Shown: positions 32,284 through 41,093 of the stretch, one piece after another
Layout: each line of letters starts with the position of its first letter
Numbering within the stretch: the stretch's first letter is position 1
Source of the DNA: Vitrella brassicaformis CCMP3155
Lineage: Eukaryota > Protista > Chromerida
Length of the DNA: 41,093 nucleotides
Reading direction: 5' to 3'
NCBI GenBank assembly: GCA_001179505.1
Contig: CDMY01000622.1
Coordinates: 1-41,093, forward strand
The notes under the pieces: generated by a model
Seen by the model: the letters and a program-made list of their open reading frames with translations, nothing else
Databases searched by the model: none
What the model was told of the DNA's origin: nothing
Translations under genes and position numbers: made by a program

Positions 32284-33183
32284 TCACACCGGTCGTGGAA
32301 GACCGTTCTTCCACTGACCTTCGTAGAGCAAGCCATACGGTGAAGTCAGCTTCCCCTGTCCATCATTCTTACCGCCCTTAAACTGGCCCTCGTAGACACA
32401 GCCGTCCGGCGAAGTCAACTTCCCCTCTCCATCATACTTGCCGTCCTTGAACTGGCCTTCGTAGACAAAGCCGTCCGGCGAAGTCAGCTTCCCTTGCCCC
32501 TCGAGCTTGCCATCCTTCACCCAGCCTTCATAAACCTTACCGTCCGGCAAAGTCAGCTTCCCTTGTCCTTTGCTTTTGCTAGATTCGCCGTTCTTCCACT
32601 GGCCGTCCCAGACCTTGCCATCCGGCCCAGTCTCCTTCCCCTCTCCGTCAGGCTTGCCGTCCTTGAACTGCCCATCGTAGACCCAGCGGTCCGGCCAAGT
32701 CATCTTCCCCTGTCCCTCAAACTTGCCGTCCTTGAACTGGCCTTGGTAGACCCTGCCGTCCGGCCAAATCAGCTTCCCCTGTCCCTCGCGCTTGCCATTC
32801 TTCCACTGGCCTTTGTAGACCCAGACGTCCGGCAGAAACTCCTTCCCATCTCCATCAGGCTTGCTGTCCTTCCACTGGCCTTCATAGAAACTATTGTCCG
32901 GCCGAGTCATCTTCCCCTGTCCCTCGCGCTTGCCATTCTTCCACTGGCCTTCGTAGACAACACCGTCCGGCCCAGTGTCCTTCCCTTCTCCATTCGGCTT
33001 GCCATCCTTGAACTGGCCTTCGTAGACCCTGCCGTCGGGCGAAGTCAGCCTCCCCTGTCCCTCTTTGCCGTCCTTGAACTGGCCTTCGTGGACCCAGCCG
33101 TCTGGGTAAGCGAAAACGAACTGGACAAAGCTTGAAGGACCCTCAGAGGGAGCGTTCCGGGGGGAAGCGGGCCTCTCGGTCAT
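32284..33183 (-). CDS. Intronless MORN-repeat protein (about 12 repeats of 23 aa)
   Basis: Repeats of DGxVYEGQ(F/W)K(D/N)GKxxGxGKxTxP. ATG at 33183, TGA at 32284; frame intact. Confidence 0.93.
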   Translation of the reverse strand: MTERPASPRNAPSEGPSSFVQFVFAYPDGWVHEGQFKDGKEGQGRLTSPDGRVYEGQFKDGKPNGEGKDTGPDGVVYEGQWKNGKREGQGKMTRPDNSFYEGQWKDSKPDGDGKEFLPDVWVYKGQWKNGKREGQGKLIWPDGRVYQGQFKDGKFEGQGKMTWPDRWVYDGQFKDGKPDGEGKETGPDGKVWDGQWKNGESSKSKGQGKLTLPDGKVYEGWVKDGKLEGQGKLTSPDGFVYEGQFKDGKYDGEGKLTSPDGCVYEGQFKGGKNDGQGKLTSPYGLLYEGQWKNGLPRPV

Positions 33184-33374
33184 CAGCGAAGAATGGGGGA
33201 GCGGAGAAGAGATGGAGGCCGATAGAGAGGGGAGAAGACGCAAGGGACGAGAGGGGGAAGCAACGGATTGGCAGATGCGGGTCAGAGGGGCGACGAGGGT
33301 GCCGAGAGGGGATGATGGCAGGTCGAAACGATAGCAAAAGCTGATGTGTGCGCCAGGGTTGCAAACCCAGAAAC

Positions 33375-33540
33375 AGTTGGAGAATCAGCAGTAGCTCGGG
33401 GTAGCGAGTAGGAATGTGACGAAGCCAGAAGAAGCATTCAGTGACGACAGAGGTCTCATGGACACGCAAGCTTGGGTCTACAAGCATCTCATACTCATGT
33501 CTCGTAGATCTTGTGCGTGTAACTCCTTATCGCTCTAACT
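33375..33540 (-). repeat. 3' LTR (166 bp), AGTTA...CAACT on the element strand
   Basis: Starts immediately after the polypurine tract GAGCGAGAGGGGG and ends where similarity to the 5' LTR stops. Confidence 0.8.
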
Positions 33541-33553
33541 CCCCCTCTCGCTC
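33541..33553 (-). promoter_or_regulatory. Polypurine tract
   Basis: GAGCGAGAGGGGG abutting the 3' LTR. Confidence 0.75.
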
Positions 33554-35347
33554 GTCAGCTTGTCCTTTCGCGTTGCTGTCGAGCGCTCATCATGAAGGTG
33601 TTGGCGGTCAGCGAGATCACCGAGAAAGAAAAAGACGAGGTGCTTTTTCGGCTGTTTGTCAGCTCACAACAGCTCGTCAAGCCATGCGGATGACGCTTGG
33701 AGAGATGGGAGGCATCTCGTGCTCTTGCTACCACCTCCGCATCACCACACGGCTTGGCACGGCACTCACATGCATATCATGAACATGTAAGTGTGTTTTT
33801 CTGCTATTCTGGCTGGCTGTCTGCCTCATCTGTCTGCCTGTCCTGCCTGCCTGTGCCTTTTCTAGGTCCAGACTCGGCTGCAGCAGAAGATACGCACACA
33901 TGTAAGCATGTGTCAGTTGTCTTTGCTTCATTTGTTGGCTTCAGGGCTTGTGACGAAGCGCCACGGAAGCATCCTGAAGACAATGCTGCTGGTATGTCTG
34001 CAGCTTGAGCTGACCATTCTTGGGCCGCTCTGCTTTCACAGACATCAGCTACTTACCTGATGGTCGATGGCGCTTTTTGTGTGCCCCTTTTTCGCTCTTT
34101 TCCTTCCCTATACGGTCACCGACGGTGGGCTTTGCTTACCTGTGTTGGCTTACCTTTCTCCCCCTCTTGACCGTATAGGTGAGCGAGGCACTTAGAAGCA
34201 CATGACGTGGCAAACATCCATGCCAGCTTACTGAGTCAGATAGAACAGCCCTGCATGAGAACTGGTCTGAGCCAGTTTCTCGAACCACAAGAGAGACTGC
34301 AGGCCATACGGATATTCACGGCCACGTGAGGGTGTACAGTTCTCGCGAGTCGTGATGTCCGTGCACACATGGCTGCTCTCAATCTTCCTACCTTCTAGAT
34401 AGGTGGCTCTTGCCTCACACAGTACCTCTCTGTGTCTGTGGCGATTCTGAGGGCTATCTCAGTCATCCCTTGCTCTTACCATTGCATCGCTCTGTGCCTT
34501 GTGTGTCTATAAACACACAGTGACATCGGCATGCAATGGGTAAGTCAACCACATTTGTTTTGTTAGACATCTGTGATGTCTTTTTGGTGTGCGGCTCGAC
34601 CTAGCTGTCTGTCTTTAGTGCAGCGAGCGAACACACACATGTGTCTAGACAAGCTGAGACCGCATCAGGCCAGCTGCGCTTTTTGTGCGCTGTGCTGTTA
34701 TTGCTTTGCCTAATGCCCCCTCTGAGCTCAATGCCCAAGGAGTGAGCCAGCAATTGAGAGTCAGGCTAGGTTTTCGATGAACCCACTTAGGACGCAGAGC
34801 ATCATCAATGCATTTTGTGTATGCATGCGACACTCCACCGTGCGCTGGTCCGTGACTCAATGCTGTACATGTTTGATTTTGCGTGAGGGACATCTGGACT
34901 TTGAAATAGAGGTGACGAATCACTTGGTGCAGCCATGGCACATGCTCTTTGACTGCATCTGAGCAATCACATCACTCTCTAAGTCCTTTCCCTCTCACAC
35001 GCACTGTCAAAGTGTTCCTTGATCAAAATTATGACTGCATGCAGACCAATTACTCATGGAATCGATCAGCAGCAGATCACTTTTCTCTCAGTCAGTTCTT
35101 TCTCAGCCCTCATCAATCAATGCACACCTGTCATCCATCGATCAACCAGCCGGCAGACCAATCGACCAACTGACGGCAAGATAGCACTGAGTGAGTGACG
35201 AGAAGACAGAGAGAAAAATACTTCTGTACATACACAGACGTACATGACGTCCATATGTATACATACACGCAGCGTCACTTCCATCAGCCCCCTCTGTCTT
35301 GGTGAGCTCTTGGGTGGCCAGCTAGTGCGCTTTTGTCTTGTAGAGCC

Positions 35348-36497
35348 TCATTCGTCGAGCTCAGATCCATCGTCACTCTCTCGCATCTCTTGCAACATAC
35401 GGCCGAGCACTCGACATTCATCTGTCGTGTGATTGAACAGTGGACGTTCTCGTCGTGTCGAGCAGAGACGGCAGAATAGCTGCAAGCGCTCTTGGGCGGC
35501 ACCAGCAAGGGGCAGTGATGCCACAGTTGATGCTCCCTGTCCTGTATTGTATCCGGACAGGGTGTGCGGGTCAGATGGACCATGCGTACCGTCACCGAGC
35601 TCCGCAATAATGCGGGCGGCCATACGGCGCATTTTTTCGTAGGTGAAGTCCACCTGCCCGATGAACACACTCCACAGAAAAGCGCACATTGGGTTCGCTC
35701 TATGAGCACCCAGACGCACGATCATCTTTTGTACGACGTCGTCTTTTGTGCGCCTTTCTGTACCATATGCCTTGTTGACGGCAAGTGAGAGACGGACAAG
35801 GTCTCCAAGATTATCCATGAAGGCCTTGTTCTCGTCATTATCCCACCTGTCGTANNNNNNNNNNNNNNNNNNNNNNNNNNNNNNNNNNNNNNNNNNNNNN
35901 NNNNNNNNNNNNNNNNNNNNNNNNNNNNNNNNNNNNNNNNNNNNNNNNNNNNNNNNNNNNNNNNNNNNNNNNNNNNNNNNNNNNNNNNNNNNNNNNNNNN
36001 NNNNNNNNNNNNNNNNNNNNNNNNNNNNNNNNNNNNNNNNNNNNNNNNNNNNNNNNNNNNNNNNNNNNNNNNNNNNNNNNNNNNNNNNNNNNNNNNNNNN
36101 NNNNNNNNNNNNNNNNNNNNNNNNNNNNNNNNNNNNNNNNNNNNNNNNNNNNNNGCTCGATGCTCGGCTCATATTTGCGACGCAGAGCCAACAGAGACAC
36201 ATATTCATCGTGTGTTGTAGTTGCCTCCTGGACCATTCCTTGACAGTCCTTGCCCTCTGTGGCCCTGTCCAGTGCTCTCCACAACATCCATCTCTCCATC
36301 CTCATGTTGCGGCGTTGGACATCTGTGAGCGACTCGTCAGCGAGTAGCACCGACAGCTCGTCGTCAGTTGACGGGTGGAAGTACTTGGCCATGCCATCGA
36401 TGCCATAGAACATGCCAGCGAACGACTGACGCCAGCTGTGGTAGTCGCTCTCTTTGCCGCTGAAGCGAGAAGGGTTGGTAACGATGCCATCAGCCAT
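35348..36497 (-). CDS. gag-like protein of the LTR element (spans a gap)
   Basis: Starts about 65 nt after the PBS. Motifs RFSGKESDYHSW and LLALRRKYEPS, with C-terminal knuckle CRLC-x10-H-x4-C. Confidence 0.75.
35855..36154. other. Assembly gap (300 N)
   Basis: Run of N. Confidence 1.
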
Positions 36498-36561
36498 CGG
36501 GAAGATGGTGTCTCGTCAGATGGTGAGGGAAGGCACCCCAGATGGCTCGTCACACTCGAGG

Positions 36562-36576
36562 TGGGCGTTCATAACC
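36562..36576 (-). promoter_or_regulatory. Putative primer-binding site, half-tRNA-iMet type
   Basis: GGTTATGAACGCCCA directly after the LTR end CAACT. Confidence 0.65.
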
Positions 36577-36722
36577 AGTTGGAGTATCAGCAGTAGCTCG
36601 GGGTAGCGAGTAGGAATGTGACGAAGCCGAAAGAAGCATTCAGTGACGACGGAGGTCTCATGGACATGCAAGCTTGGATCCACGCGCATCACAAACTCAT
36701 GTCTCGTAGATCTCGCGCGTGT
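36577..36722 (-). repeat. 5' LTR, with its first about 20 nt displaced by the LINE
   Basis: 146 nt with about 13 substitutions and no indels relative to 33375-33520; ends at the LINE tail. Confidence 0.85.
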
Positions 36723-39700
36723 TCGTTCGTTCGTTCGTTCGTTTGTTAACGGACACCGAGGTCCCGGCCCCTGAGGGCAGATGCTGTGTCCATAAAAGCG
36801 TTTGTCATATCGAGGAAACTAAGCTGATGGGTGCAAAGAAAGCCATCGCTTGCGAGAAGCCACAGCCATCAAAAGAAACTGAGCCAACGCACGTTGCACA
36901 GGGAGAGAGCGCGAAGTAAGCAAGGACCATGGGAACACCAGGGCATCACAATGAGCAAGATCCCACCAAAAATACACCACACCATCCGGTGCAGTCAAAC
37001 CATACATGTGAACAACACGAAAGACCTCCCTACGTGCAGAGCTATAGAGCGTGCAATAGAAAAGCACATGCAACTCATCCTCAACAGGTGGCACACGGCA
37101 CGGCATGGGCCAGCTGGCGGGAGGGCAAGTAGCAGCGCAGAATGGGCAGAAGCATAGTAGACGAGGCCGGTGAGTCAGCCGACCATCTGTGACAGCAGAA
37201 GTATAGGTGCCGGTGCGGAATGAAAACAACACACGGCGCTCAGCAGAGGGGAGAGAAAAATAACACGGGAAAGTGGATAGAGGGTGGATAAGACGATGAA
37301 GCCAATCCTGACCAGATTCAAGAATGAAATTACGAAGGAATGCAGGCACATATGTGGGCAGATAGATAAGACAATTGCGATCAAGGGAGCAACGCTGATT
37401 ACGAGAGGCAAAAACCCGGCGAACCACTGGGAATGTGTGAGGGAAGTGATGATTGAAGAAGGCTCAGGCAGTGAAAAGGCATTGTCGTACAAGGAAGAGA
37501 ACACGACTGCGAGCAGTAGTCCTACTGTAACCCCGCCATGGCAACAGACACAGAGGCAGTGGAGCAAGGGAGAGGGGTGGAGGGAGAGAAGGCGCTTCAC
37601 GCAACACGGCATGATTAGCGCGAATAGACGAATCCCATCGCGCGACCAGTGTGTCAGAGTAGTATGCCTTTGTGAGGCCGACATGAAGATCACGCAAAAC
37701 AGCGTCAGTAATGAGGCCCACAGTGGAAATGAGAGTGCGATGACCAGCATGGCTGAGCAGGGCAGCAAAGCGAGCATACGTGTTGTGCTGCTGTCTGTAC
37801 ACGTATGTATGATCCGTCTGCATGTTGCTGAAGTGATTGGTGGATGTGTACACTGTCTGAGCCTTCAGAAGGGCCTTTTGTGCCAAAGGCCCGCAGCGGC
37901 CATTCCATATACGACACAAAAACCCAGCTGTCTGCGACGCGCTTCATACGTGACAGAGAAGCGACCGGTCTCACTCAACAGCGCATCATTGCTAACATAA
38001 GACGACGCACGCATTGCACGGAGCAAAAAACGACGATGCAGCTTGTCTAACTGTCGGCATGGCATGCCCGCCCAGAACTCGCAACCGTACAGGTAGACTG
38101 ACGAGACAATCGAATCATAGACAAGGAAGAGGGTAGAGGGGTCAAGACGAGGCAGGTGTTGGAGGTGATGATGAAAGAGGCGCAGCGCAGTCGCACCTTT
38201 CCCACTCATCACCTGCAGGTAATGTGCCCAACCCATACTCTCATGGAACCACACACCTAAGTACGAAAGTGCGTGCTGCGAGGGAGAGTAGTAGCGGGCG
38301 AGCCAAAGTAGAAAGCAGGGGGTGAGACTGGGGCAAACTCAGGATTGAAGATAACGACCTCTGTCTTAGGCTCACTGACCTCCATATGCTTCACACCACA
38401 CCACGCATAGAGACGATTAAGGCTCTCCTGAGGACGCCGTAGTCGTCTCGAGCAGAGCCAAATCATCCGCGTAGAGCAAGGCAAATACGACAAGATCGAT
38501 CAGGCGCAGCAGAGGAGCAGTAGCCTTGCGAGCAGCCCGAATATACTCAGGTAGGTCGTCGATGAAAAGAGAGAAGAGCAGAGGCCCCAGTACGTCCCCT
38601 TGCTTAATCCCAAACACACCTCATTGAATGCAGCTGACAAGCCCTCAAACCCACCGTCAACACATGCCTCGACACTAGCATAGAGCGCCTCAAGCGTACG
38701 CACGAGCTGCTCTGAGATGCCCTTCCGGCGAAGCGCATCCCACAGCAGCTCACGATGTATCGTGTTAAATGCCTTGCGAAAATCAACAAAACAGACATAC
38801 AGGGGCTGTCTCGCGCGCCGAGCCTTCTCTATCAGAGTACCCAAAACAAAGCATTGACCCACCGTACAATGATCACGACGAAACCCTGCTTGCTCTGGGT
38901 ATATGGATGTTTGCGAGAGAATAGCATTCATCAGTAAGTGGCCAAACAACTTCGACCAAACAGGCAACAGATGGATGCCGCGACAATTATCGGGCACATC
39001 CGTAGGCCGCTTCTTGTGCAATGGATGAATAAGAATACGATCATCTGCATACGCCTATGCACCCGTCCGAAAGAAGGCAGTGAAGACCTGGCTGAGATCA
39101 GACAGGGTGGGATGGCCAACGCACTTGACGATAGCACAAGTGATGCCATCCATACCAGGAGAGCTAGTCGAAGTGCAATAAGACAGGATCGCTTCAAGAG
39201 CAGGAGGAGCGAGAGAGGAAGTACTCGACCGGTCTACTGGCACGTGACGCTACTTGGCTTAAGCATTACGATCAGCGGCTGATACTGGTGCAGCCGGATC
39301 GAAATAGGGGACGTCACGGCCCACAAAAAGATGGGCGAAAAAGTCTGTCTGCTGCTGCAGTATGGGTGTGTGCAGGGGGAGGGGAGGGAGCGCCCGACGT
39401 GACGAGTCAAAAATATGCCAAAAATCTCTTGCCTTCACACGGCGAGACAACACAAGCTCAGACAACTTTGCACGCACAGCATCTCAGCGATACGCCTTGC
39501 AGAGAGACTTACGATGCGCCCGCGCACCGCGGAATGCATCGTAAGCAGCTGCGCGTGCGTGAGCATCGCCCCCAAGACATACAGAACGCCAACACGCATG
39601 CGCACGCCGTGCATCACGAATAGCACAGTGAAGCGCAGGTGGGAGGGCAAGGGCAGACAGAGTGGTGCGAGGGCCACGGCCAGCCAGGCCTTGCAAACCC

Positions 39701-41093
39701 ATCGGCAGCCCGCTGACGGCAGTCCACACGTGAAGAGTGCATATGGAATATGCGGGTCAGCGAGTCTAATAGACGGCCAGCAGCCACTCGACTTCGTGTC
39801 GCGTCGTGCGCTTGCATGGCATGCAGCAGCTCAGTACGCAAAGACGTGTGCAGTGGGTCAGTCGCCAAATCACTAGCAATCGCATGAATATCACCATCTG
39901 CCCACCTATATAAGAGACGGCTGGGATTGTGACACGCTGCCTGAACACAAGCACCAAGGTCAGTCACTGCCGGCGGTTCGGTATCCGCCTGCAAGCCAAA
40001 GGACAGAGCAAGGTGCTGTGTGTTCAGGCTGGTAAGCGTCGGTCGGAAATGCGTGGCCACCGGGTACAGACATGGCGATGCCAACACATAGTCAATCACA
40101 GTGCCCCGCCCCTGCCCATACGTAGCAGCTGAGGTGACAGACTGAGGAGACTGGCCGACAGGCCGCCCATTGAAAATCAGCAGCCCATTCGACCGGCACA
40201 TGTCCAATAGAGAGCTGCCCTTAAGGTCAGGTGCCGAGCTACAGGTAGAGAGGCGAGGGGGGGGGGGGGCCAGCAGTAAGGGGTGGAGCGCATGGATGTC
40301 CACCCCCACATCCTCATAATCATCAACACTGACACTGAGCGTGTCGGGCAAGGTGGATGTGTGTGCATTGAAATCCCCAGCCAGCAGCAGACGCCCCTCC
40401 TCACTCAAGGCGGCACAAAGTAAGTCGACAGCTTCCCACCACTCGCCGCCCGGTTGATCGGGCTCCGCATAAGGAGGTACGTAGCACGTCACGAGAAAGA
40501 CAGGTCGATCGAGGCCAAACAAGCCAGGCAAGCACTCAAGAACCACAACATTCCCTATCGCACACTCACGCCGCTGTATGAATGGGGTTACACGACGGCT
40601 AGTGTACACGGCGACGCCACCAGAGCGGGCCTCGACCCCACGAGTATGATCAAACACCCGTGCGCGAGGCACATGCCAGCAAGAGTACCCAGGCAGGTGT
40701 ATGCAAGAGTCATCATGGAGCGTCTCAGCAAATGCAAGAAAGTCACAGCGGGTACCAGAAGAGTCGACCTTACAGAGATCTGTCAGGATTGCCAGCTTGG
40801 CAAGACGAACCACTGCGAGCTTGTGAGCTAGGGTAGATTCCTGTGTAACGGAGAGAGAGGTGAAGACAAGGAAAGACAAGGAAAGCACTCTGAGGAGACA
40901 CGATCTTATCAGCCATCACCGAAGGAGATCTGTGTTGACCACCCTTCATGATGCCATACATGGACAGAAACAACTTTGACTGACTGGTCAGTCCATTGGT
41001 CTTATTAAAGTAAAAGGAACTCTTACTCTGGGACTTACCGCCCAGCAGATCCTCTATTCAGCTAACTACAGGAAAGGTCCTCACCGGCCTTTT
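36721..41093 (-). mobile_element. RTE/RTEX-like single-ORF LINE (APE endonuclease, RT, CCHC), near full length, pseudogenised
   Basis: APE motifs DFLAFAET, SGGVAV, YVPP, LAGDFNAH, LLIFNG and VIDYVL. RT motifs SPGMDGI, NCRGIHLL, QAGFR, FVDFRKAFNT, GIKQGDVLGPLLF, LLYADDL and YLG. C-terminus FRTG...CPFC...VEDELHVLFYC. 3' tail (AACG)5 at 36721-36740. Several stops and frameshifts. The clade call is tentative. Confidence 0.92.

Larger units (their letters stand above)
33375..36722 (-). mobile_element. Non-autonomous (gag-only) copia-like LTR element
   Basis: Direct repeats at 33375-33520 and 36577-36722, PBS at 36562-36576, PPT at 33541-33553 and a gag ORF. No pol motifs seen in 33554-35340. Confidence 0.85.

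Noticed and set aside
39035-39060. Second YADD (AYADDRIL) in the LINE as a duplicated catalytic site
   Set aside because: It lies in the N-terminal RT region before PLHKK. The true catalytic YADD is at about 38463-38474, so this is a coincidence in a degenerate copy.

Overview
Eukaryotic, intron-rich, TE-dense window that looks heterochromatic. It is probably from a chromerid alveolate such as Vitrella brassicaformis; this is inferred from intron style and the ankyrin/MORN families, not from a database match. Mobile elements: three copies of a CRE/SLACS-type non-LTR retrotransposon, a second RLE-type non-LTR family, a near-full-length RTE/RTEX-like APE-RT LINE plus scattered copies of its 5' end, and two Ty1/copia-like LTR elements. 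Almost all are inactivated by C>T nonsense changes or frameshifts. Host genes, mostly damaged or partial: TAF1, an NCS2 nucleobase permease fragment, a CorA/Mrs2 C-terminal half, ankyrin-repeat genes and an intronless MORN-repeat gene. A palindrome-rich 60-64 bp tandem repeat forms six arrays in both orientations. Two arrays are fold-backs, two form matched inward-facing arms around a 2.9 kb block, and the arrays repeatedly cut retroelements and bracket gene fragments, which suggests a mobile foldback-like element rather than a static satellite. Other leads: a conserved block at the LINE 5' end with HDV-ribozyme-like pairing order, non-canonical AGTT...AACT LTR ends with half-tRNA-iMet-type primer sites, CpG-decay signatures, and three frame breaks in TAF1. 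There are three 300-N gaps. All alignments and counts were done by eye.
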